Assembly: GCF_032191835.1 (NCBI RefSeq) | Contig: NC_083236.1 | Coordinates: 15,934,001-15,998,000 of the forward strand | Source: Heteronotia binoei | Lineage: Eukaryota | Direction of reading: 5' to 3' | DNA: 64,000 nt | Part shown: piece after piece, positions 50,318-62,380 of the stretch | Numbering within the stretch: position 1 is the stretch's first letter | Layout of the letters: every line of letters starts with the position of its first letter | The notes under the pieces: generated by a model | The model's input: only the letters and a program-made list of their open reading frames with translations | What the model was told of the DNA's origin: nothing | Database searches by the model: none | Made by a program: the position numbers and the translations under genes

Positions 50318-50890
50318 GAGGGGTGTCACACATGCTGTCCATGGGCCAGATCTGGCCCCCGGAGAGCTCCTATCAGGCCCACAAGCAACTCACTGTTGTT
50401 TGCTTCCTTCTCCCTCTCTTGCTTCCTTCTACATCACAGCTTGCTTTGCCAGGCTTGCTCCATCACGCTACAGAGCAAAGCCTCTATTTTCTCTATTGAC
50501 TGACCAGCACATGAAGCAACTTATGTAAAAATGTCGCAATGGCCAGCCATTTAATGTTTTCCTCTGGGTCTTAGGCTCAAACATTGACCATAAGATTTCT
50601 GTAATGAATGTCAGTATATCAAAAGTAGGTTTGCAATTTACAGATACACACCTGAACAACCCCTAAACAGCTTACTCAAGATTGCTACTGCACAGACATT
50701 GTCTCCAGATTTTGATGCAATAATTCAGAACAAGAGGTGTCAGTTATCAGAGAAAAATAAACAACATATTGTCTATGTTCTTTATAAAGTTTATATCTCT
50801 TGTTACCTGGCATTACATTTTAGGACACACATGACATGGCCCAACAAGGTCTCATTTATGTCAGATCTGGCCCTCATGACGCCTCTAGAC
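50318..50890. mobile_element. hAT-like MITE remnant
   Basis: Ends ggggtgtcacacatgctgtccatgggccagatctggcccc ... cagatctggccctcatgacgcctct are typical of hAT non-autonomous termini. Confidence 0.5.
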
Positions 50891-51019
50891 TAAAGGAGTT
50901 GTTGTGAGGACAAAGTAAGACAAAGTTTGTTCTAAACTCTTTGGAACAAAGTTGGAGTGCATATGCAATGTTCATGTAATATTTCAGTGAATTAATGATG
51001 AATGCTGTCATTCGACCCA

Positions 51020-51195
51020 TTAAATCAGCCGCAGCTTTTGCTTCGCTAATGTAAACTGGTTTTTAGACGGTTTACATCTGTGACGCAAAAGGTCCGGCAC
51101 TTCCTGGTTATGCGGAGCAGTTGGTGGGAAATCAGCGCAGACGCTGCGCGGTGAAGAGGGACGTCGCTCCGAGGTAAGCTCTGTGGGAAAACGCC
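51020..51195. repeat. CpG-rich imperfect palindrome, probably a MITE remnant
   Basis: Arm gcagcttttgcttcgctaatgtaaac pairs with gtttacatctgtgacgcaaaaggtccggc around a short loop. Confidence 0.5.
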
Positions 51196-51845
51196 ATAAG
51201 AGTCCAGAAGCACCTTAAAGATCAAAATTTGTTGTCGGGTATGAGTCACCGCTCGCTTCTTCAGCTACATCTGCCCTTTATATTGGAGAGTGGAGTGATT
51301 GCAGATGCTGAATGACACTAGCAGACAACTGACAATAGAAGGTGTGATTGGGTTAGGTGTGATATGCAGAGAGGCAGTAGGCATGGAGCAATCGCCATTG
51401 GTAATGAGACAGAAAACTTACATTTCGATTCAGTCCAGGTAGATACATTGTCTTGAGCTTCATTATCAGTTGCAATTCAGCAGTCCCTCTAATCTCCCTT
51501 TGCAATTCCTTTGTGAGATAATTGCTACTTTTAAGCTACTTGTAAGCAACTGAATGTTCTGGAGAGTTAAAACGTTCCCCTGCTGGTTTTTGAATGTTGC
51601 AGTTTCTGATGTCAGACTTGTGTCCATTAATTCTTTGCCGAAGGACTGGCCTGTTTGTCCAATGCAGGGAATGGAAGGTCATTGCTGACATGTGGTGGCA
51701 GGAGTAGAAACCTGAAATGGTTTGGCTGATGTTGCTGGGTCCAGTGATAGTTTTGCTAGGATCTATATGACAGCAAAGTTGCCATCTTGGTTTCTTGCAG
51801 GTCTTGGTACCAGAATCTTTGTACACCAACATCCCCCATCAGGAT
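51195..51845 (-). mobile_element. Penelope-like retroelement 3' end (degenerate GIY-YIG endonuclease plus pseudo-LTR with hammerhead remnant)
   Basis: Minus strand GTKTCKKPRWQLC...TITGPSNISQTISG, C(Y)IGQTGQS (frameshifted), LRQRINGHKSDIRN, LKVAIISQRNCKGRLE...GLNRNVSFLSHY. These are followed by ctgaagaagcgagcggtgactcatacc...tctttaaggtgcttctggactc. Confidence 0.85.
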
Positions 51846-53182
51846 GGACTACAAGCCATTAGAAATGTCATTCCCACCCCCATAGCGGATCTTGCCATAG
51901 TGAAGGCCTCAGTTGCCCTTCTGAGCCCCTGGTTGGATGTAAGAAGAAACCATCAATGAGGCCTGTCCATCTTTCCTTAGCTCCCCCAGGACTCTTCCTC
52001 CTCCACTGCCATGGCATGCTGATGGCTGTCTCTGCCCATGGACCCTTCCCTTCCCTGCCGTCTGCCTTTCAAAGAGGTGCATGTGACACTTTCTAAAGAG
52101 AGATTTGCTTGCTGAATTCCACAAAGACCGGAATGGGACCATATAGCAGCCCTGCACCACCTCTCCTGCTGGTGGTAAGTGACAAAGCAGGCAGGTGGGC
52201 CAGGGGACAAATGGGCTTGGTAGGGCAGTGCCCATTTGATCCAAAGGGCCAGCATCCCCTGCTCCCCTCATGGGTAGCTCATCTTTCCCAGCAAGCTCTA
52301 GTCCCTTACTTGTTCATATTTTCTATCACTTTTTTCCTGCACTGCTTTTTGTATTTCACCCTCTTCTGATTTTTTATACCTTCCTTTATTAACTGCTGTC
52401 ATATTTTTGATAATTCATTTGACAATAAAACATTTGATATGCTGGAGAAAAAGTATAAAAGTCCCGATAAGCAAAAGCTTATTTGTATAATTTCCCATAA
52501 AAATATCTTCTTATGTACATGGATGACACATGCTCATAAATGATGTACAAGCACAAAAGTTCATCCCAGTTGCACCAGAACACTTCCATGGAAGTAATCT
52601 TTCCGTGGACATCTGCTTGGCCACTGTATGAAATGGGATGCTAGATGAGGCAGACCATTCATCTGAATCAGCACAGATGATCTTGTGTCCTTAAAACCTG
52701 ATAATATTAAATTACATCAAATTAAATCACATTACATTGCATCAGTGAATCTGGAAGAAGTTGATGAGATGAAAATTCCTGCACATATTCAAAAATTACA
52801 AAATCCATTCCATCTATTTCAGGATAGCAGAGATATATGTCCCATTAGTACAACAGTATTGTACAATTCTGTGAGGACCAATGGATAACTTCTGAGAAGT
52901 AAGGCAAGTAAAGCAAGATAAACAATCAGAACCATGTCATAATTTCACATTATGTAGAGCCTTTTCTAATCTAGACAAAAGATCAGTTATATTTGTTTCA
53001 TTTCTAAAATTAGACAAGAGCCATTTCTAATGTATACAAAGGATCAGTTAGATATTTTTTCATTTGTAAAATTAGGCAAGTACACCCCGAACATATACTG
53101 TTGGAACATATTTCTTTTAGTAAAAAGGAGAACTGGTTCATGAAAATTTACTGTATATTTCAGATATGTAGTTTTTATCTGG

Positions 53183-53207
53183 GACTCTGGGTGTCGCTGT
53201 TCACCAA
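53183..53207 (+). promoter_or_regulatory. CSE of gene 8
   Basis: gactctgggtgtcgctgttcaccaa; CGCT at 53195-53198. Confidence 0.85.
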
Positions 53208-53408
53208 TAAGGAAACATTTTTTTTTTTCCTAAAAGAGCCAGCTAACGAAGCACTGCAGTTGAAGATAGGGGGACAAAATAGCACAGAAATTAGACCCGA
53301 ACTGACATTGCTGGGAAGGAAACAACAGCATTTATTTTGCAAATAATCTAGAAGGACATCCTTTCCTTTGAATAGAAGAAAAAGAATCTCTTACCTTGCT
53401 GCAAGGAG

Positions 53409-55799
53409 ATGGGAGAAACACAGAGGCAATGGAGCAGCATCAACAAAGGCACCCTGCAATACCTAATCGTGCTCTTTGTGTGGAAAGTAGTTTCTGGGCA
53501 GGTTAGCTATTCCATTCCTGAAGAGATGCAGAAAGGCTCCTTTGTCGGGAATATTGCAAAGGATCTAGGACTAGATGGAAAGCATCTCTCAGAACATGGA
53601 CTCCGGATCATTACCAGAACAGGTACAATTCAGTATTTTGCATTGAATTTCAATAGTGGCATTTTACAAACTTCAGAGAGAATAGACAGAGAGGCAATCT
53701 GTGGACAGGCAGAGAAGTGCACCTTAAATTTTCAGGTTATTATGGAGAGGAAATTAAAGATTTATGGAATAGAAGTGGAAATTTTAGATATTAATGATAA
53801 TGATCCTCATTTCCCTCCATGGCAAGAGAAGCTGGAAATCAGTGAGATATCTTCATTAGGGTCCCATTTTGACCTTCCTCAAGCTGAAGATCCAGATCTT
53901 GGTATCAATTCAGTTCACAGCTACAAACTCACAGGGAGCAACCATTTTTCTCTGCAATTCCAAATGGATGAAAATGGCATTAGACACACTGAACTGGTGT
54001 TAGATGAACCTTTGGACAGGGAGGAGCAATCTGTTCATGATCTAATCCTCACAGCTTTTGATGGGGGAGATCCAGTGAGATCTGGCACTGCGCAAATCCA
54101 CATAATTGTTCTAGATGCCAATGACAATGCTCCGGTTTTCAGCCAACCTGTTTATAAAGCAACTGTCATGGAAAATATTCCTAAAGAGTCCACAGTAGTT
54201 ACAGTAAAAGCAGTTGATCTAGATGAAGGAATTAATGGGGAAATAAAATATTTTTTCCATAAAATAACAAATAAAATTTTTCAGACATTCCTCCTTAACT
54301 CTACAACAGGTGAAATAACTCTTGGTGGAAACCTTGATTATGAGGATTCTTCCTTATATGAATTTGAGGTACAAGCCAAAGATGGGGGAGGCCTGAGTGA
54401 CAGATCAAAAGTTGTGATTTTTGTTATGGACTTGAATGACCATGCACCTGAATTAGAGGTATCCTATCTCACCAATGACATCCTTGAGGACTCACCAGTT
54501 GGAACTGTTGTTGCCATTCTTAATGTGCAAGATAGTGATTCCGGAAGTAATGGGGAAGTCACCTGCTCCATAGATCCAGACCTCCCTTTTCAGCTGAAAA
54601 GATCCATGGATAACTTTTACAGTTTGGTGACAGACGATGTCCTGGATAGAGAGAAAGTGGCATCCTACAGTATCACCCTCACAGCTGCTGACCATGGGAT
54701 TCCTCCTCTTTCTACAACCACTGTGATAGCTGTAAGCCTTTTAGACACAAATGACAACCCTCCCCTGTTTGCAGAATCAGCCTATACATCTTATCTCCTG
54801 GAGAATAATTTGAGAGGGGCCTCCATCTTTTCCTTTAAAGCAGATGATCCAGATTGGGAAGAGAACTCCAGAATAACATATTCCATTATGAGTGGACATG
54901 ATCAGTTCCCTCTCTCATCTTACCTTTCCATTAATTCTGAAACTGGTGTTGTCTATGCATTGAACTCTTTTGATTATGAAGAGGTGCGGGAGATCAATTT
55001 CTGTGTTAAGGCCCAAGATGGAGGCTCCCCTCCACTCAGCGCCAATGTCTCTGTGATTCTCTTAATTTTAGATCAGAATGACAATTCCCCCCAGATATTG
55101 TACCCTTCTGTCCCTACCGATGGCTCTACTGGAGTAGAGCTGGCTCCCCACTCTTCTGAGCCTGGATATCTGGTCACTAAGGTGGTGGCAGTGGATGCAG
55201 ACTCAGGCCAGAATGCCTGGCTGTCCTATCAGTTACTGAAGGCCACAGAGCCAGGGCTCTTCTCCATAGGCCTCCACACTGGAGAGATCAGGACAGCCCG
55301 TTTCTTCCTGGACAAGGATGCTCTCAAGCAAAGCCTGGTGGTTTTAGTGAAGGACAATGGGCAGCCTCCTCTCTCTGCCTCAGTCACGGTCACTGTGGTG
55401 CTGGCTGACAGCATCCCTGAAAGCCTCTCTGATATTACTAGCTTTTCAGTTCCTACAGACCCACAGTCGGACCTCACCTTCTACCTGGTGGTTGCTGTGA
55501 CTTTTGTCTCCTGCTTGTTTTTTACGTTCCTCCTTGTGTTGCTGGCCATCAGGATGTACAGATGGAGAACTTCACAGTTGTGTGATTCTGGAAATGTGAA
55601 TTTTAGTGGGGTTCCAGTGTCACAGTTTGTGGGGATTGATGGCGTGCGAGCATTTCTTCATTCTTATTGCCAAGAAGTTTCTCTCACTAGAGACTCTAGG
55701 AAAAACCAGTTTAGTAGTCAGCAACAGACCTGTGACACAAGTGATCCTATCCTAACTTTTGAAGATTCAAATCTTAACAGCGGATTCGAAATAGTCCAG
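53409..55799 (+). CDS. PCDHGA-like: Protocadherin gammaA-like variable exon 8 (797 codons; twin of gene 6)
   Basis: Full ORF; donor CAG|gtgagt at 55800. Confidence 0.95.
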
Positions 55800-56340
55800 G
55801 TGAGTTGATGAATGTGATTTTCTGTTATTGTATCTTGGGAGGGATTTCTCATTGGATTGTTCTGTTTGTTACTGTGAAAATCAGTGGAGAAGTCTTAGTG
55901 TTTATGTTGTTATTCATAGAGCCATGTCTATGGATTTCTTTGATTTAGTTTTTAAATTCATCAGTAAAAACTCACGTTATCTGAGAAGTACACATAAACG
56001 AAAAGGCTTTTCACTGTTCATGTCTTCCTGCAAGAAAGTTTTGTGAATAATATTTACATTAACATATATACCATATGTATTGTTAGCAATTCACTCAACA
56101 TCCATTACTTGATTGCAGTCCTCAGTTAGTTGCTAAGTAGGTTTGTTTTATTGTCCTTTATTGCAAATCAAGAGCAAAGCTAGATGAAAGCCAGTAGACT
56201 GAAGCTTGTTCCAGATTAGACTGAGGTGCTATTTATTGATAATATTGCCAGTGTGGATTTGAAGAGTAACCCTGTATGGGACAAGAGTTCCTTTTCTCTT
56301 CAGGAGGAAGTTAACAGCTTGGGATGCTGCTAGACCCAAC

Positions 56341-56534
56341 CAATACTCCCTCTACACTGTGGAGTCTTGTGAGCAAAAACTCTGCTTTGTGTGCTACTGG
56401 CATTAAAGTTGTGTGCTACTGTATAAATTAGTTTGCTCTGGGGCCATTTTTCCTGAGCTAAGACAAAAATATGTGAGCCAGAGGCTAAAACACTGTGAGG
56501 TAGCTTACACTAATTCAGCTTAGAGGGAACACTG
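56341..56534. mobile_element. hAT-type MITE copy 3, inserted in an old L2
   Basis: Decayed left TIR caatactccctctacactg, right TIR cagcttagagggaacactg; flanks gacccaac / gactcaaa. Confidence 0.8.
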
Positions 56535-57572
56535 GACTCAAACCTAAAAACAGAATCACAGATCTGCTTTGCCATATATGATACCATTAACTGGCTTCAG
56601 AGGGCGTGTCTGTTGAGACTTGCCCTTGAGAGAGGTGATTTGATTGTCCCTGCATTACATTGCTAACTGCAGTGTCGTCTGCATAGGAAGGGACACCTTT
56701 GTTTAGAATATTTAACTGGTTGGGAATGTAGTAGTAAAGCTGCTTGCAGATCAGTTATAGGGATCACAACTTATCAATTTTGGAAGATTTTTGCTGGCTG
56801 CCATTTTTTCTTTTATGCTGGTTAATATCTATTTTGGTCTCTACCAATTTTATTTTTTTTTAGAATTAAGCAGTTAATGAGAAACACATGGAACGAAGGA
56901 AATACATGCGATGCTTTATGCAGCAACCCTATACACAGTTACAAGGAAATGTTCCATAGAACTCAATTTACATCTGAATTTAGGACTGCACATCTTGTCA
57001 GATATTCTAAAACTGCAGATCAACATTCTTACAGGGTGCTTGGGAATGAACAAGATGGTAGACCTCTCTGCCTGTATTACTTGTTTTCACAAACTGCCAG
57101 AATCTCAAAGGACCTCTGCCACAACAACTTCCTTGACATCCCAAATCTCTTTGAAACATATTGCAGTTTAAAGGTATAGATTACAAGTATCTTCTGATAT
57201 ATTTGTTGCTGAAAAATCTGATCTCGTTCATCAAACTGCAGTTATCATAAGTTGTGTTTTTGGCACGTGTACAGATGTTCTAGGTATATTAATTTTAATT
57301 GTTTTCCTTGTGCTACATTCCTGTGCTTATTCTAAAATGTGATATGTTACCAGTAAATTCAAATGTCATGTTTTCTGTTGTGTCCACTACAACCAACGTA
57401 CAAAGTGTTATAAAATGGAATGGAAGTGTACAGAGGAAAGTAAGTCTATGGATATATCTTTCATAAAAGCATTAATATATGTCTGGAAATATACATCTTG
57501 AGAGCTTGTCTGGGGGAATATGTGTTAAACACATTGAGAAGAAAAAGCAGGTAAGAGCTATTCTCCCAGTGA

Positions 57573-57596
57573 ACTCACAGTGTCGCTGTTGGACAA
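57573..57596 (+). promoter_or_regulatory. CSE of gene 9 (gammaB type)
   Basis: actcacagtgtcgctgttggacaa; CGCT at 57584-57587. Confidence 0.85.
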
Positions 57597-57777
57597 GATG
57601 GGAATAATACTGGATCAGTAGTTGAGGCTCCTGCAATATTAGCTGTCTGTTATATAGAAAAGGAAAGAAGAAGGAGACTGTTTTATTTTAAAAGCTCCTC
57701 CAGAACTGCAATCCTCTTCCTTTCTCAGGGGCCATCAGGTAATAAGAACAACATTTCAAGTATCTTATTTCAAAGGG

Positions 57778-60240
57778 ATGGAATGCTTGCAAATACTAGA
57801 ATCTGGAAAGGCTGCTCTGAAAATGAGGGTGATGGAAATTAGACATGCAGAAAAAATAAGGGAGATTAAGAGGCAAGTACTCTCTTTGTGCATATTCTTG
57901 TCTTTGTTCTGTCGGGTGGGGTCTGAGCAGGTTCACTATTCAATTCTGGAAGAAACAGAAAAGGGATCACTTGTGGGGAATCTTCCCAAAGATTTGGGAT
58001 TGGATGCAAAAGAGCTATCAAAACGCAAGATCAGTATTTCTTCAGAAAAGCCATATTTCACTCTTAATGAACAAACTGGCAACCTATATGTGAATGAAAG
58101 GATAGACCGAGAAGAAATTTGTGGGAAATCACCCTCTTGTGTCCTAAGATTAGAGGCTGTTGTGCATAATCCTATGAATATTTTCCATATACATGTTTTC
58201 ATTGATGATATCAATGACAATGCCCCCCATTTCCAAGAAGAAAATATCATACTGAAAGTGAGTGAATCAAGCCCAGCTGGAGCTCAGTTTTCCCTGGGAA
58301 ATGCTGAAGATGATGACATTGGGATCAACTCCCTCCAGACTTACCAGTTGAGCTCAACTCCTTATTTCAAACTAGATGTTAAAGAGAGTGAAGATGGTAA
58401 TAAGTATGCAGACTTAATACTGCTGAAACAATTGGACAGGGAGAAAGAACACACACTCCACTTGGTCCTTACAGCTCTGGATGGGGGTGAACCAGCAAAA
58501 ACTGGGACCACCAACATTGTGGTAACAGTTATTGATATTAATGATAATATGCCTGTCTTTACCCAAACTGTCTATAAGGTAAACTTGAAAGAGAGTGCAC
58601 CCAAAGGCACTTCAGTGTTACAAGTTAAAGCATCTGACAGTGATGAAGGATCAAATGCTGAGATTGTTTATTCATTCAACAAAATTCCAGAAAGAGTCAG
58701 ACAGAAATTCAACCTACATCCCCTTGATGGAATCATTACACTTAAGGAAATGATAGATTATGAGGAAAGTCAAAGTTATATGTTGACAGTTCAGGCTACT
58801 GATGGAGGTGGTTTAGTGGCATATTGTAAAGTAGAGATTCTGATTCTTGATGTTAATGACAATCCTCCAGAAGTGGTACTTACTTCTGTATCCAGTACAG
58901 TTTCTGAAGACTCCATGCCTGGAACTGTTATTGCTTTGCTCAAAGTTCATGACACAGATTCTGGGGAGAATGGGGAATTCACTTGCCATCTCACAGACCG
59001 TGTACCTTTCCGGATAGTTTCATCTTCAGGTAATTATTTCAAACTCCTCACAGATAGTTACCTTGATAGAGAAAGGACTCCAGAATATAACATTACAATC
59101 ACAGCCATAGACAAGGGCATCCCTCCTCTCTCCACATACAAAACCATCTCTCTACACATCTCGGATATCAATGATAACCCTCCAGTCTTTGAAAAGTCTT
59201 CCTATACTGCTTATGTACCAGAGAACAACCCTTCCGGATCTTCAATTTTCAGTGTCAAGGCCTCTGACCCAGATGAGGATCGCAATGCACAAGTCACTTA
59301 CTCCATCCTGAAGAGCAACATTGAGGACCTGCCTCTCTCCTCCTACCTCTCTATTAATTCTGAGACCGGCACCATTTATGCACAGCGCTCCTTTGACTAT
59401 GAGCAATTCAGAGAGTTTCAGATTCAGGTGCGGGCCCAAGATGGAGGCTCCCCACCCCTCAATAGCAGCACCATAGTGAGAGTATGTATTCTGGATCAGA
59501 ATGATAACACTCCACAGATCCTCTATCCTTCCCAAGGAACTGAAAGTTCCTCTTTGTTTGAGATGGTGCCTCGAACAGCTGAATCCGGTTATCTGGTGAC
59601 CAAAGTGGTGGCGGTGGATGCTGACTCTGGACACAATGCATGGCTCTCTTTCCACCTGCTGCAGGCCACAGAGCCCTCTCTGTTCATCATTGGATCCCAC
59701 ACAGGAGAGATCAAAACAGCCCGAGCATTTCTGGAGAGAGAAGCTGTGAAGCAGAGGCTGGTCATTATGGTGAAGGACAACGGACAATCTCCTCTCTCAG
59801 CAACTGTGACTCTGAACCTTGTTTTTGCTGAGAACTTCCAAGAGGCGCTTCCAGAAATGAACACTCAGCCCAGTGATTCAGACTCTCAGTCTGATCTCCA
59901 GTTTTATTTGGTTCTGGCCTTGGCCTTGTTGTCCTTCCTATTCCTTGTGACAGTAACACTGACCATTATGATGAAACTCCGACGGTCAAGGAACCCCACC
60001 TTTCTTCAGTGCTTTATTCCTGATGCAAAACCTGGTGTCATTTTTCCTCCTAATTATGAGGATGGAACTTTGCCGTATTCATACCAGGTCTGCCTGTCTT
60101 CTGAATCTAGGAGAAATGAGTTAACTTTCCTGCAGCCCACTGTCCAAATAGCAGAGAACATCCTCAGCAGTTTAAACTCCGATAATCCTTCAATGTTTAA
60201 TGGAAAAAACCATTTAGATGGTGAGGCGAATGAGGGAATG
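57778..60240 (+). CDS. PCDHGB-like: Protocadherin gammaB-like variable exon 9 (821 codons from the first ATG; twin of gene 7)
   Basis: Same gammaB hallmarks ([13 protein letters not shown]); donor ATG|gtgagt at 60241. Confidence 0.93.
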
Positions 60241-60999
60241 GTGAGTTTATTACTCTTTCTTTATATCTTAAGTTTATATAATATCTTCTGTTTGGCAAAT
60301 ATTTGTAGTGGGGACTCCTCCACAAAAATATTTCAATATAAACAGAGCAAAATAGATTGAAAAGATCTCTGAACTAAGAGAACAATCAATATAAAAAAAT
60401 CAAAAGCTCAGATTTGACTATTCAGTGATATGGAAATTCAATTGATGTGACACTTTGAGCTTGGTTTCTTGGAATGATAGTATTAAGTGCAAATGGTAGT
60501 AAAATTAATCTATTAATGATTTTTAGAAAAAGTTACGTTCTGTTTCTCATATTATATTCTTACTTTTTATGTTTTCTCTGATATATTTCCAGAGCAGTTA
60601 GTTAGCTTATAATAAATTTTAACAGTTAAGTTTCATTTATCAATCTATGCATTCTTACTGTGAAGCATGATTGAATAAAGTGGGACTTACTTTTGAGTTC
60701 CGGTCAGGCAACATGTTCTTTCCCTTAATTTTGTCCGATAACTGATATCACTTAACATTAGGTGTAGAAAAAGGCACCACTCTCTGCTGCAGTATAAAAC
60801 AGTGAGTGATTCTCAAATTCTATTGCCTAGGCACACTCATTAACTGAAACCTAGAGGTTTGTAAAGAGCATTGTCAGGTTAAGACTTCAATGACCAGAAA
60901 CAATATGTATTCCTACTAGGAAAAAATCCACAGTGGCAGTGGAATGCATTGAGTGAGGTGTACTTTGTTTAGCCTTTATCGATTTAAGGGCTGCATTTG

Positions 61000-62150
61000 G
61001 TTCTATACTTAGAGTGTCTGTGGGGCAAACTTCATGGGCCTTCCGTCTTTTTTATACTTAATTAAACCCCATTGCTCATGTTCATGGTGGCCTTGAGAGG
61101 CAAATGACTGACATCCTTTCATCCTTGGGTGTAAACCTGTGTTACCTGTTGGCTCACCTCCTAATTAATTTCTATTACAGGGGCCTTAGCCGTGGTGTAT
61201 TCCCATGTCCCTGTTTAGTTACCTAGCAGTAGGATCCCATTGTTACTCTTTGCAGATAATGCTGTCCTATTTAGATCACCAGTGGTTCTGCATAGATTGC
61301 GAGAGGCATTGCAGAACTATTGCTTGGTAACAAATTGTGAAAAAATCTAGTTATGGATTTTTCTGAGATCTTTTCAGCCCAAGCAACTCTCCTGGAAGTT
61401 GAACAATCAGCCAACTGAGCAAATTTTCCTATTTCTTATCTAGGTTTTATTTTTCAAGCTTCTCTTTCATGGAAAGCTCACGAAGAGAGCAGTGTTCCCT
61501 CTAAGCTGAGTTAGTGTGAGCTAGCTCACAGATTTTTTAGCCTCCAGCTCACACATTTTTGTCTTAGGAAGGATGACTCCAGAGCACAAAAAATTATGCA
61601 GTAGCTCACAACTTTAATGCCAGTAGCTCACAACTTTAATAACAGTGGCTCACAAAGTAGAATTTTGGCTCACAAGACCCTGCAGCTTAGAAAGAACATT
61701 GGAAGAGTGTGCTCTGCTTTTAGTGGCCAGCTCCTTGGTGGGTGTTTGTCACTTTTTTCTCTCTGCTTGGGATCAGTTTGTCCATGCAGCAATTCAAGTC
61801 TAGGGCTAAAGGTACTGTCTCAGCTTTTTTATGGTGTGCGCATTTGGATTACTGGAGTGGATATTTCGAATTATAGACCTTTTGAGGTTTTTCCTTGGAA
61901 AATTAACTTGAGTTCTTCATTGTGTTTCCTGCTTTTCCAATTGGAACTAGGCTTGGGATCAGTGGAATGCCAAGCTTGGTCTTGTTTTCTACAAATGTTG
62001 GTGGTTTTCTTTCTCTTTTATGGTCAGATCCTCATGTTTCAAGTTGGCAATCCAGTCTTAAATTCCAGCTTTCTTTTTTAGGGCTGTCCCCTTTGTTCCA
62101 CCTGCCTGTCGGCCCACAGACTGCTAGACTATCCTTAGACAGAACACTGG
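61000..62150 (+). mobile_element. Old degenerate non-LTR retrotransposon RT (RTE-X-like by inference), split by MITE copy 4
   Basis: GVNLCYLLAHLLINFY resembles GVKQGCxLAPxLFNxY; also LFADNAVLFRSPVVLHRL and KVLSQLFYGVRIWI. Confidence 0.5.
61490..61701. mobile_element. hAT-type MITE copy 4 (inverted)
   Basis: cagtgttccctctaagctg ... cagcttagaaagaacattg; TSD gaagagag / gaagagtg; internal duplication of gtagctcacaactttaat. Confidence 0.9.
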
Positions 62151-62156
62151 AGGCAT

Positions 62157-62380
62157 GGGGGAGGGACAGTGGCTCAGTGGTAGAGCATCTGCTTGGGAAG
62201 CAGAAGGTCCCAGGTTCAATCCCTGGCATCTCCAAAAAAAGGGTCCAGGCAAATAGGTGTGAAAAACCTCAGCTTGAGAACCTGGAGAGCCGCTGCCAGT
62301 CTGAGAAGACAATACTGACTTTGATGGACCAAAGGTCTGGTTCAGTATAAGGCAGCTTCATATGTTCATGTTCATATGTT
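62157..62380 (+). mobile_element. tRNA-derived SINE with CR1-like tail, intact pol III boxes
   Basis: A-box tggctcagtgg 62170-62180, B-box ggttcaatcc 62213-62222, tail ggttcagtataaggcagcttcatatgttcatgttc. Confidence 0.85.

Noticed and set aside
10447-55477. Recurring 71-82 aa antisense ORFs (MRSD...TVTVTEAERGGCPLSFTK...) over EC6 of all seven gammaA-like genes, and equivalents in the gammaB genes
   Set aside because: These are mirror images of the homogenised EC6 coding sequence. Their recurrence follows from sense-strand conversion, not from an antisense protein.
62168-62236. tRNA-like sequences (also at 891, 3625 and 7012-7138)
   Set aside because: They are SINE heads followed by LINE-derived tails; there is no proper acceptor stem, and several are decayed.
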